Under the pieces are notes generated by a model, which ran no database searches, had not been told where the DNA came from, and saw only the letters and a list, made by a program, of their open reading frames with translations. The translations under genes were made by a program, and so were the position numbers. A stretch of DNA of 64,000 nt from a virus (lineage: Duplodnaviria; Caudoviricetes): the IMG/VR virus record IMGVR_UViG_3300049595_005065; one strand, written 5' to 3'. This document shows positions 9,174 through 17,498 of the stretch, one piece after another. Position 1 is the stretch's first letter. Each line of letters starts with the position of its first letter.

Positions 9174-9206
9174 AATTCTAGCTCTCCGTTTCTAACGTTC
9201 AATCCC

Positions 9207-9464
9207 ATGCCGAAGAAAAACTCTGCAGCGGGAGTGGGGCTGAAGATCCAGGGCACGTTCGTGTCCACGGCGCAGGCAGCCGAGATGCTCGGCTACTCGC
9301 ACCGGAGCGGCACCGTCAATCGCCTCATCGAAGAGGGGCTCATCGAAGCGGAGCACGGCCCAGGCCGGAGCTTGCTGGTGTACGTCGATTCCGTGCACGC
9401 CTATCGCGAGCACCACCTCAAGAATCGCCACGGGCCGGGTCGCCCGCGGGGCCTGCAGCTCTAA
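9207..9464 (+). CDS. HTH_17 / excisionase-like DNA-binding protein
   Basis: VSTAQAAEMLG...VNRLIEEGLIEA; divergent from the recombinase. Confidence 0.75.
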   Translation: MPKKNSAAGVGLKIQGTFVSTAQAAEMLGYSHRSGTVNRLIEEGLIEAEHGPGRSLLVYVDSVHAYREHHLKNRHGPGRPRGLQL

Positions 9465-9504
9465 CGCAGGCCGCTTTTCACAGCATTAAGTGAAACATTT
9501 TCCT

Positions 9505-9537
9505 GGCGCCCCTTCTTTGAGGGCGCCCTTGTTTCTT
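9505..9537 (+). terminator. probable intrinsic terminator
   Basis: GGCGCCC/GGGCGCC stem then CTTGTTTCTT, downstream of the HTH gene. Confidence 0.55.
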
Positions 9538-9643
9538 GCGTTTCACAGATTACTGTGGAACCAGATTTGACGCTGCGCACTGGAGTGCGCGGTTATCCCT
9601 CAAGCCAACCATGAAGGTTCTTTCTCGTACGCGGAGTTTTTCC

Positions 9644-10048
9644 ATGCCCTTCAAGACCTACCGGCCCAGCAAGGCCGACGCCGCCCGTGCCGTTGCCGCC
9701 CAGCTCAAGGCCGAAGGCAAGCCCGTGCGCCCGAAGACGGTGCTCGAGATCCTCGCCAAGCGCGGCATCGTGATGGACCCCGGCCAGTGCTCGGTGATCA
9801 CCGGCGAGTTCCGCAAGCGCCGCAAGCGCACCTGGACGCGCCGGGCCCCGAAGGTCCGGGCAGTGTCCAGCAACGGCCGCGCGACCCAGTCCAACGGCAA
9901 CGGCGCGCCCGGCGGCTGCACCCCTGCCAAGGTCTACAATCACCTCGTGCTCGCCGCGCAGTTCGCCAAGAGCTGCGGCGATATCCACAAGGCCCGACAG
10001 GCGCTGGCCGACCTGGCCACGATCGTCGATCCGTTCGTCAAGTCCTGA
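9644..10048 (+). CDS. planctomycete-type HTH protein with basic linker (paralog 1)
   Basis: SKADAARAV...VRPKTVLEILAKRGI...QCSV; C-terminal LAAQFAKSCGDIHKARQAL. Confidence 0.75.
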   Translation: MPFKTYRPSKADAARAVAAQLKAEGKPVRPKTVLEILAKRGIVMDPGQCSVITGEFRKRRKRTWTRRAPKVRAVSSNGRATQSNGNGAPGGCTPAKVYNHLVLAAQFAKSCGDIHKARQALADLATIVDPFVKS

Positions 10049-10092
10049 TCTGATTTCACACATCACCGTAAAATACCCCCAGAGGATCCCCT

Positions 10093-10830
10093 ATGTCCGA
10101 CACCGAAGTCGACCCCATCTGGGACGCCACCGAGCCGTTTGCCGAGCAGACGCGCCCGGAACCCAAGTCATCCAGGAAGAAGAAGTCCGGCACGGAGGCC
10201 GAGATCGACCTGCCCGAAACCGACGAGCTGCCCGAGCCGGTGGAACCCGGCGAGCTGATCGATGGTTCAGAGGACGATCTTTCCGCGCTTGAGGAGTTGT
10301 CGAAAGACGCTCCGCTCGAGGTCGCTGTTGACCTCGAAGAACGTGCCCGCGGCAACGCTGAGAAAGCGGCTGTCCGCAAGAGGAGTGAACCCATGTCCGA
10401 AGAGAAGACCAAGACCAAGGCCGAGTGGATTCGCGACGAGATCGCTCAGCGCAAGGCCGACGGCGCCGAGACCATCCGCCCCCGCGACATTATCGCGGCG
10501 CTGGCGGAGAAGGGCGTTACGGTCACCGCCCCGCAGGTCAGCGTGACGCTGCGCGACTTTGACAAGCCGAAGACGGACAAGCCCGCTAAGACCATCAAGT
10601 CGGGCAAGCTGGCTGCGGCGACCAAGGCCGTAGAAAAGGCCAAGGCGCGGGAGCCCAAGCGTGCCACGGCCAAGGTTAGCGCCGTTGCGGCAAAGCCCGC
10701 GCCCGCGGCCAACAGGCCGTCTTACGAGGCGCTGGAAGCCGCGGCAGACTTCGTGAAGGGGAGCGGCGGCCTGGATACGGCCCGCCAGCTTCTCGACGCC
10801 TACGCGAAGCTGTTCAACCCGGCTGGTTGA
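10093..10830 (+). CDS. planctomycete-type HTH protein with acidic N-terminus and K/A-rich linker (paralog 2)
   Basis: TKAEWIRDE...IRPRDIIAALAEKGVTVTAPQVSV; C-terminal AAADFVKGSGGLDTARQLL. Confidence 0.8.
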   Translation: MSDTEVDPIWDATEPFAEQTRPEPKSSRKKKSGTEAEIDLPETDELPEPVEPGELIDGSEDDLSALEELSKDAPLEVAVDLEERARGNAEKAAVRKRSEPMSEEKTKTKAEWIRDEIAQRKADGAETIRPRDIIAALAEKGVTVTAPQVSVTLRDFDKPKTDKPAKTIKSGKLAAATKAVEKAKAREPKRATAKVSAVAAKPAPAANRPSYEALEAAADFVKGSGGLDTARQLLDAYAKLFNPAG

Positions 10831-10846
10831 CCAAGCCTTCCTGTCG

Positions 10847-10909
10847 CCTGCGGAGCCGGTGTCCGGCGCGTGTCACCACACGTCTGCCCCACCCGGCCCG
10901 GCTCCGCAG
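10847..10909. other. long intergenic stem-loop
   Basis: Perfect 13-bp IR CCTGCGGAGCCGG (10847-10859) / CCGGCTCCGCAGG (10897-10909) enclosing CGTGT-CACC-ACACG. Confidence 0.75.
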
Positions 10910-11020
10910 GTCCCTTGATGCGGGCACTCTGCCCACTCGCGCGGCTTATCTGGCCGCGCTGCCCACGGAGGTTCTATGCCTACAGCATGCCCCCTGCGCC
11001 CACAACGCGCTTATACGCCG

Positions 11021-11257
11021 ATGATCATGGCCGAGGGGACCATCAAACGCATTCATGTAAACCAGCACATTATCAAAGCCAACGTCTCCAACCAAACCGA
11101 CGACCACGCGGTCACTGTCCAGTGGAAGGGCAAAAGCTACATCGGCCGCGACGTTGTCATTCGAGGCGCGAGCCAGGTGAAGCAGCGCATGCAGGTGCCT
11201 CTTTCCTGTGGCGCCCGCATCTGGATAGAGACCGTTGCAGAAGTGGAGATTTTATGA
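11021..11257 (+). CDS. phage hypothetical protein (IHVNQH...PLSCGARIWIET type)
   Basis: Pattern recalled from phage proteins; ATG 11021 or 11027. Confidence 0.75.
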   Translation: MIMAEGTIKRIHVNQHIIKANVSNQTDDHAVTVQWKGKSYIGRDVVIRGASQVKQRMQVPLSCGARIWIETVAEVEIL

Positions 11258-11565
11258 GCCGTTATCACGAAACTCAGCGCGACGAGGACCTCGGCAGTTT
11301 GACCAACGCGCTGCAGTACCTCGACCAGATTCGCGCGACTTTTGGCGACGTGCTCGCTATTCCCGAAGTGGTCACTATCCAGGACGTCATGGCCATCGCC
11401 CTGGACACGACTAAGGGACCCCAACTCATCGGCGACGTCTGCAGCCGCGACGAGATTGTCTATATCCTTCGGGCCTTCGCCGACAACCCCTGCGGCGACC
11501 CGGCCCTGATTGCGCAGTACGCGCTCAACGACTATCGCGAAACCCAACTCACCAACAAGGAGTGA
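11254..11565 (+). CDS. hypothetical protein
   Basis: ATG 11254 after GGAG; ATGA overlap. Confidence 0.7.
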   Translation: MSRYHETQRDEDLGSLTNALQYLDQIRATFGDVLAIPEVVTIQDVMAIALDTTKGPQLIGDVCSRDEIVYILRAFADNPCGDPALIAQYALNDYRETQLTNKE

Positions 11566-11568
11566 CCC

Positions 11569-11931
11569 ATGTCACACATCGTGCAGATCAAGACGGAAGT
11601 GAAGGATGAAATGGCGGTTCGCGCCGCCTGCCTGCGCCTGAAGTGGGAGCAGCCCACGTTCGGCAAGTTCCGCGTGTTCGGCGTCGATCGCGAGGGCCTT
11701 GGGGTTAAGATCCCCAGCTGGCAGTTTCCGGCGGTCGTCAACCTGTCGACCGGCGCGCTCGACTACGACAACTACAACGGCAACTGGGGCGAGCAGCGGC
11801 TGCTCGACCAGTTCCTCCAGGCTTACACGGTCGAGAAGGCCAAGCTGGAGGCGGCCAAGATGGGCTATAGCGCGTTCGAGGAGACGCTCCCCGACGGTTC
11901 GATCAAACTCTCTGTCACTGTGGAGGCCTGA
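11569..11931 (+). CDS. DUF1257 (Ycf35-like) protein
   Basis: MSHIVQIKTEVKD...DYDNYNGNWG...QAYTVEK...LPDGSIKL. Confidence 0.85.
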   Translation: MSHIVQIKTEVKDEMAVRAACLRLKWEQPTFGKFRVFGVDREGLGVKIPSWQFPAVVNLSTGALDYDNYNGNWGEQRLLDQFLQAYTVEKAKLEAAKMGYSAFEETLPDGSIKLSVTVEA

Positions 11932-11936
11932 CCAAC

Positions 11937-12125
11937 ATGAAGACCATCGAAATCATTGTTTCCCCCAAGGGCGAAACTAAGCTCGAAACCAAGGGCTTTG
12001 CCGGAGCGGGCTGCCAGGAGGCCACGCGGGCCCTCGAGGCAGCGCTCGGCGCGAAGACCGGAGAATCGCTGACCGGTGAGTATTACACCGAGGTCAACAC
12101 CAACCACCTCGACGTCCAGAACTAA
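11937..12125 (+). CDS. DUF2997 protein
   Basis: IEIIVSPKGETKLETKGFAGAGCQEATRALEAALG. Confidence 0.85.
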   Translation: MKTIEIIVSPKGETKLETKGFAGAGCQEATRALEAALGAKTGESLTGEYYTEVNTNHLDVQN

Positions 12126-12134
12126 GGAGGAACG

Positions 12135-13628
12135 ATGAGTCTTTCCCAGCAGATCAAGGAACTCGTGTGCGCGGGCTTCAGCGGCATCTGGGTCGACACC
12201 CAGGAGTCGGACGACGCCGTGGCCACCGTCAAGAAGCTCTGCGAGGAGCGCGACTGGGGCTTCGAGGTCTGGGACCTCGACCGGCAGCTCTGCGTCCACA
12301 ACGCCACGCCCGCGCCCGGCCCCGTCCAGGCGCTCCGCTGGCTCGACACGCCGGACGCCCGCGCCAAGAGCACGCAGCTCCTGCTGCTCAAGAATTTCCA
12401 CAAGTACCTGCCCAACCCGGAGGTGATGCAGGTCCTCCAGAACCGCGTCATCACCGGCAAGGCGATCGGTCAGCACGTGATCGTGCTCAGCCCGGTGCTC
12501 CAGCTCCAGCCGGAGATCGAGAAGCTCTTCACGATCGTCCACCACGAGCTGCCGGACCGCGCGCAGCTCACGACGATTGCCAACGAGCTGTTCACCGGCG
12601 AGGGCAACACCTTCGAGAAGCCCGCCGAGGAGGTGATCAGCGCCGTGGTCGACGCCGCCAGCGGCATGACCCGCCTGGAGGCCGAGAACGCCTTCGCGCT
12701 CTCGCTCGTCCGCCACAACACGCTCAACCCGGACGTGATCTGGAACCTCAAGGCGCAGACCCTGGAGAAGGCGGGCACGCTCGCCCTCTACCGGGGCGAC
12801 GCCAGCTTCGACGGTTTGGGCGGCCTGGCCAACCTCAAGACCTTCTGCATGCGGGCCATGAAGCGCCAGGGCGCGCCGGATCCCGAGAAGCGTCCCCGCG
12901 GCGTGCTCCTGCTTTCGCCCCCGGGTTGCGGCAAGTCGCAGTTCGCCAAGGCGCTGGGCAACGAGGTCGGGCGGCCCACGGTCGTCCTCGACTTCGGCTC
13001 GCTCATGGGCAAGTTCGTCGGCGAGTCGGAGGGTAACATCCGCCGCGCGCTGGCTCTGGTCGACGCGATGGCCCCCTGCATCCTGTTCGCCGACGAGATC
13101 GAGAAGGGTCTCTCCGGCGTGGGCAGCTCGGGGCAGACCGACTCCGGCGTGACGGCCCGCCTGTTTGGCACGTTCCTCACGTGGCTCAACGACCACAAGT
13201 CGGACGTGTTTTTCATCGGCACCTGCAACGACGCCAGCAAGCTTCCGCCCGAGTTCACTCGCGCCGAGCGCTTCGACGGCTGCTTCTTCGTGGACCTGCC
13301 CAACGCCGAGGCCCGCAACTACATCTGGGGTCTGTACCTGGAAAAGTTCGGCCTCGACAAGACGCAGCCCCGGCCGGATGACAGCAACTGGACGGGCGCC
13401 GAGATCAAGTCGTGTTGCCGCCTGGCGGCGCTGCTGGACGTCTCGCTCATGGAGGCCGCCCAGAACGTGGTGCCAGTCGCGGTGACCAACGCCGAGTCGA
13501 TCGCCAACCTGCGCACCTGGGCCGACGGCCGCTGCCTGTCGGCCGACAACAAGGGCTACTTCAAGAAGGCCGCCGTGAAGGCGGCCGAGGCCGCCACCCG
13601 TCGCCGGGTTTCCCCCAGCGCCAACTGA
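12135..13628 (+). CDS. AAA+ ATPase, Ycf46-like
   Basis: Walker A SPPGCGKS, Walker B FADEIEK, sensor-1 GTCN, Arg finger RAERFD. Confidence 0.92.
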   Translation: MSLSQQIKELVCAGFSGIWVDTQESDDAVATVKKLCEERDWGFEVWDLDRQLCVHNATPAPGPVQALRWLDTPDARAKSTQLLLLKNFHKYLPNPEVMQVLQNRVITGKAIGQHVIVLSPVLQLQPEIEKLFTIVHHELPDRAQLTTIANELFTGEGNTFEKPAEEVISAVVDAASGMTRLEAENAFALSLVRHNTLNPDVIWNLKAQTLEKAGTLALYRGDASFDGLGGLANLKTFCMRAMKRQGAPDPEKRPRGVLLLSPPGCGKSQFAKALGNEVGRPTVVLDFGSLMGKFVGESEGNIRRALALVDAMAPCILFADEIEKGLSGVGSSGQTDSGVTARLFGTFLTWLNDHKSDVFFIGTCNDASKLPPEFTRAERFDGCFFVDLPNAEARNYIWGLYLEKFGLDKTQPRPDDSNWTGAEIKSCCRLAALLDVSLMEAAQNVVPVAVTNAESIANLRTWADGRCLSADNKGYFKKAAVKAAEAATRRRVSPSAN

Positions 13629-13639
13629 TAGATATCTAT
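13628..13639. repeat. dispersed palindrome site ATAGATATCTAT
   Basis: Exact; begins on the last base of the AAA stop codon. Confidence 0.95.
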
Positions 13640-13652
13640 TGAGTTCCCACGG

Positions 13653-13675
13653 GCGTGACTGTGTAGTCGCGCTTT
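13653..13675 (+). terminator. gene-end hairpin with T-GTGT-A loop (1 of 4)
   Basis: GCGTGACT-GTGT-AGTCGCGC then TTT. Confidence 0.65.
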
Positions 13676-13691
13676 CCCCTTGGAGAAATCC

Positions 13692-14651
13692 ATGAGCACA
13701 ACGCTTGAAGCCCCGCCGGAAGTACCGGCGGGCGAAGGCGCCCCGGTCGCCGAGGCTGCGCAGGAGATGCGCGCTTCAATGGGCGCCGTAGAGCTGAGCT
13801 TCACCTGGCTCGGCACCCAGCGCAAGCTGGCCGATAGCCAGACCCGCCAGGCCGCCGACACCTTCCACGCCGACGCCAAGAGCGTGCGGGCAAGCAAGGT
13901 CCTGATCGACGCCAAGCACCCGGCATACCGGGCTGCCACCGTGATTCGCAGCCAGGCCCGCGGTTTCCTCCGCGGCATCAGCCTGCCCTATCCCCAGGAA
14001 GGCATCCGCCTGATCAAGTACGACGACATCGCGCGCTTTGAGGCGCAGATGACGGAGTTCCGCGAGCGGCTCGACAACGCCGTCGCGACGCTCCAAGAGC
14101 ACTACGACGCGATCAAGGCCGACGCCCGCGAGCGGCTGGGCGACCTCTACAACGCGGCCGACTACCCGGCTAGCCTTGAGGGCGTCTTTAGCCTCACCTG
14201 GGACTATCCCAGCATCGAGCCGCCGGAGTACCTGCTCCACTACAACCCGAGCCTATACCGGCAGCAGCAGGCCCGCGTCCAGGAGCGCTTCGAGCAGGCC
14301 GTGGTCCTGGCCGAGAACGCCTTTGGCGAAAGGCTCCAGGAGCTGATCGAACACCTGCTCGAACGGCTGCGGGGCGTGGAGACGGGCGAGACCAAAAAGT
14401 TCTCCAACTCAACAGTGGAAAACTTCGCCGAGTTCGCCGCCGAGTTCCGCCGGATGAACATCCGCGGCAACACCCAGCTGGAGAACCTGATCAATCAGGC
14501 GCAGTCGATCGTGGCGGGCGTGGACTCCAAGGCCATCCGCGCCAACGGGGACCTCCGCCAGACGCTGTCGACCCAGATGGGCGAGGTGCGCGACGCGCTC
14601 GATACGATCCTGGCCAACCAGCCTCGGCGCCGCGTCATGCGGATGGACTGA
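13692..14651 (+). CDS. DUF3150-like protein
   Basis: ATG 13692 after GGAG; position after AAA gene; LGDLYNAADYP...F...WDYP pattern. Confidence 0.8.
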   Translation: MSTTLEAPPEVPAGEGAPVAEAAQEMRASMGAVELSFTWLGTQRKLADSQTRQAADTFHADAKSVRASKVLIDAKHPAYRAATVIRSQARGFLRGISLPYPQEGIRLIKYDDIARFEAQMTEFRERLDNAVATLQEHYDAIKADARERLGDLYNAADYPASLEGVFSLTWDYPSIEPPEYLLHYNPSLYRQQQARVQERFEQAVVLAENAFGERLQELIEHLLERLRGVETGETKKFSNSTVENFAEFAAEFRRMNIRGNTQLENLINQAQSIVAGVDSKAIRANGDLRQTLSTQMGEVRDALDTILANQPRRRVMRMD

Positions 14652-15687
14652 TGGATTTGGCCGCCAAGATCCTCGACCCGATGGTGCCCGACCTTGCGAA
14701 TCCTCCCCAGGTTCGCAAGCGTCGGGCGCCCAAGCATGATTTCAAGGACGGCAAGGGGCGCGTATTTGCCCACCGCCACGACAACGGCGGCGGCTGGGTC
14801 GCCGACACGGCCTGGGTGGCTCCGACCGTAAAGGTCACCCGCAATGCCCAGGTTTTTGACTTTGCACGCGTCCATGACAACTGCGAGATTACCGGCCAGG
14901 GTCGCGTCTTTGGACGAGCGCGGCTGTTTGACGCCGTAACGCTCTCGCAGCGCGCGGCGGTGCATGGCTACGCCACGGTGCGTAACAGCGTCTTTATCAA
15001 AGACGACGGTCAAATCTTCGGCAGCGCGCACGTGTGTGGCGACACCCGTATGACGAACAACGTGAATATCTACGACCATGCCGTGGTCATCAACTCGAAC
15101 CTCTGCGGGCCGCTGCGAAAAGGATTGTGCAGCGTCATTCGCGGCGCCGCCCGGGTACTCAACTCGCGGCTGTGGAGCTGGAATCAGGTGTACGACGCGG
15201 CGATGTTGGAAAACGCCCAGATCCAGGACTGTTTGGTCTCGTATAGCGCCCGCATTATCAACTCCGCGGTATCAACCAACATCTCCTACTACCTCCGGGC
15301 GTACGTTGAAGGGCGCCTGGAAACGTTGCCAGACGGTCATTTGCCGTACACGCCCAGCGCGCTGGTCAACGTGAACGGCACGATCGTCAACTCTCACATC
15401 AGCACAACGCGATGGACTGTCAACGACCGCGCGCAGTTTGTGGGTTGCACGTTGGTGAGTTACAACTCCGGCAACGCAAGTGTCGATGTTACGTTGCTGA
15501 ACTCGCTGAACGCGTTTGATCGCGCCATGGTGGGCGTCACGGCACGGTCGGCGGAAGAGATCAACAACGCCGTAAACCGAATCATGAACCCGGCGGCGGC
15601 TGCGGCCGCGGTGCCGATCCCGGCAATTGCCGCCCGCGGAGAGGCCAATTTCGAAGCCGTGCGGCAGCGCCGCATCATGCGGATGGA
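14627..15687 (+). repeat. 21-bp direct repeat pair flanking the beta-helix gene
   Basis: GCGCCGCGTCATGCGGATGGA (14627-14647) and GCGCCGCATCATGCGGATGGA (15667-15687), 20/21 identical. Confidence 0.85.
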
Positions 15688-15697
15688 GGAATCATGA
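14651..15697 (+). CDS. hexapeptide-repeat (left-handed beta-helix-like) protein
   Basis: Repeating A.V.G.A.V.D/N units (AQVFDFARVHDNCEITGQGRVFGRARLFD). Confidence 0.7.
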   Translation: MDLAAKILDPMVPDLANPPQVRKRRAPKHDFKDGKGRVFAHRHDNGGGWVADTAWVAPTVKVTRNAQVFDFARVHDNCEITGQGRVFGRARLFDAVTLSQRAAVHGYATVRNSVFIKDDGQIFGSAHVCGDTRMTNNVNIYDHAVVINSNLCGPLRKGLCSVIRGAARVLNSRLWSWNQVYDAAMLENAQIQDCLVSYSARIINSAVSTNISYYLRAYVEGRLETLPDGHLPYTPSALVNVNGTIVNSHISTTRWTVNDRAQFVGCTLVSYNSGNASVDVTLLNSLNAFDRAMVGVTARSAEEINNAVNRIMNPAAAAAAVPIPAIAARGEANFEAVRQRRIMRMEES

Positions 15698-15966
15698 ACC
15701 TATACATCCGACCGGACGGCACGCTGCAGGCGATCTACGGCGAGGACGTTGACCTGGGCGCGTTGGGCGCCGTGAACGTCCGCCGCGCGTCGCATGTCGA
15801 GCCCGCGGCCAACGGACCGGGCTGGACTGCCGACCTCACCCCGGTGGGCGGTCCAGTCCTGGGGCCGTTCCAGAAACGCAGCGAGGCCCTGGCGGCCGAG
15901 ATCGCGTGGCTGGACACACGCCTGGCCAACGGGCCGGTTGCGGTCAGCGGAGGCGCGAGTGAGTAG
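15694..15966 (+). CDS. planctomycete-type small protein recalled as the neighbour of DUF3150
   Basis: IRPDGT...YGE.VDLGALG...RRASHVEP...W.ADL.PVGGPVLGPF..RSEAL.AE..WL. Confidence 0.8.
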   Translation: MNLYIRPDGTLQAIYGEDVDLGALGAVNVRRASHVEPAANGPGWTADLTPVGGPVLGPFQKRSEALAAEIAWLDTRLANGPVAVSGGASE

Positions 15967-16300
15967 CTGCGTCCCGTGGAACTTCGCCGACAACGACGGC
16001 CTGAATCCGACGAGCGTGCCGGGCGATTTTGATTTCAACGTCTGGTACGAACTCGAATACCTACCGCCCGGCCAGGCCATCTACGACACACCCGGCTTTG
16101 AGATCGTCGGCGTCACCTGCCCCTACGTGCAATTCGACGGCGAACCGCGCCGCAGGCGCCCGTTTGCCGTGGAACACGAGCAGCTGTGCGACTGGTTTTC
16201 CAGCTATCTCGACAGCCATCCTGACGAGTATGAAGCTATTAAAAACCAGGCGTTTGAGTACAGTTTTGTCGAGCCAGACTGCGACGACCATGAAGACTAA
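15959..16300 (+). CDS. acidic hypothetical protein
   Basis: GTG 15959 after GGAGG; in frame with ORF 15794..16300. Confidence 0.65.
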   Translation: MSSCVPWNFADNDGLNPTSVPGDFDFNVWYELEYLPPGQAIYDTPGFEIVGVTCPYVQFDGEPRRRRPFAVEHEQLCDWFSSYLDSHPDEYEAIKNQAFEYSFVEPDCDDHED

Positions 16301-16305
16301 TAACT

Positions 16306-16334
16306 GTTAACGCGCCTGCAACCAGTAGACTAAT
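16306..16334 (+). promoter_or_regulatory. putative phage promoter GTTAACGCGCCT-N8-TAGACTAAT
   Basis: Second copy of the 814-842 motif, same spacing; GGAGG and ATG follow. Confidence 0.6.
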
Positions 16335-16357
16335 AACGTACCTCTGGAGGGGGCGTT

Positions 16358-17068
16358 ATGTTAACACGCGTGCTACTGGCTGTGTGGTTGACGTTTGTTT
16401 GTCTCTCTGTTCCGGCCAACGAGCCGGAATTTGTGTTTTTGGAGCCGATGTGGGAGGAAGACGCGCAATTGCCGCGGAGCCTGCGCTGCATCGAGGCGCG
16501 GCTTGAGCGACAGCACGACTTGCGCGTCGAAGACCAAATCACCTGGGCACACGAAGGCACGCACTACATCGACGCGCGCCTCAGTCGCTCTCCGGTGAGG
16601 GCCTTCTATTGCCTCCGCGGCAGGGTTGCGCGATTTCGCAATCCTCGGATATCTATAACCCAAGTCGCGCTGGCCACGCCGCCTGCGCTGCGAGGAAGAA
16701 TCTACAACACGTATCTGACCAACTCGGACAAGTTGCGTGTGTGGGACGATGACCCGCTCTACATCGTTCACGAATGGAACGCCTACACCAACGGCTCTCA
16801 GGTCCGCAAAGAACTGGGCTGGGACCGGCGTGGTGAGACTTTGGCGTATATGGCGGAAATGGGGGTTTACGTCTCTGTCTTGATTTCCTTGACAGAAGTG
16901 AAAGACCCCACTTATGATCTCGGACCTCTCGTCACGTTCGTTCGATGGAACGCGCGGCGAGGAAAAGAGATCGCGGGCGACCAATGGAATGGTCTCCCCG
17001 CGTTCGTTGCGGCCGCTGAGCATACGTTTGCTCCGGCCTTGGATCTGATGTTTCTTGAAAAGGAGTAA
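16358..17068 (+). CDS. secreted hypothetical protein
   Basis: N-terminal signal-peptide-like segment; WAHEGTH motif. Confidence 0.7.
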   Translation: MLTRVLLAVWLTFVCLSVPANEPEFVFLEPMWEEDAQLPRSLRCIEARLERQHDLRVEDQITWAHEGTHYIDARLSRSPVRAFYCLRGRVARFRNPRISITQVALATPPALRGRIYNTYLTNSDKLRVWDDDPLYIVHEWNAYTNGSQVRKELGWDRRGETLAYMAEMGVYVSVLISLTEVKDPTYDLGPLVTFVRWNARRGKEIAGDQWNGLPAFVAAAEHTFAPALDLMFLEKE

Positions 17069-17072
17069 TCCC

Positions 17073-17471
17073 ATGAAGTCCGTTTTCTTCACCCTCTGCG
17101 CGCTCGTCTGCGGTTCGGTCCTCGCCGGGGAGTACCCCAGCGTCGTCAACCACAATCAGGCCCCGGCTCCGGCCGTGGCTGCGCCTGCTCCCGCCCCGGC
17201 ACCCGCCGCTGCGCCGTGCGTCAACTGCCCGGCCAACGAAGTGCTCGTGGTTGAGAGCCAGCCCGCGCGACAGATCGTGATCGTCGATGGCGCGCCGCGG
17301 CGGTGCGTCAACGGCCGCTGCAGCTCGAGCTCCAGCAGCGTGTGCACTGGCCCGAACTGCCAGAAGTACGCGATCACCGAGAACAACACCGAGACGGTGC
17401 GCAAGCGCTGGGTCGGTGGCGGCTACGTGATCCGCAACAACGGCCGCACGGTCGTCAAGCCGGTTCGCTGA
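17073..17471 (+). CDS. secreted Cys-rich low-complexity protein
   Basis: ATG 17073 after AAGGAG; signal peptide, AP-rich linker, paired cysteines. Confidence 0.75.
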   Translation: MKSVFFTLCALVCGSVLAGEYPSVVNHNQAPAPAVAAPAPAPAPAAAPCVNCPANEVLVVESQPARQIVIVDGAPRRCVNGRCSSSSSSVCTGPNCQKYAITENNTETVRKRWVGGGYVIRNNGRTVVKPVR

Positions 17472-17498
17472 TCCGGTCGATCTGACAATCTCCTTGCC

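Noticed and set aside
9476-10062. TTTCACA three times upstream of the HTH paralogs
   Set aside because: Only a 7-mer with no consistent spacing or partner half-site.
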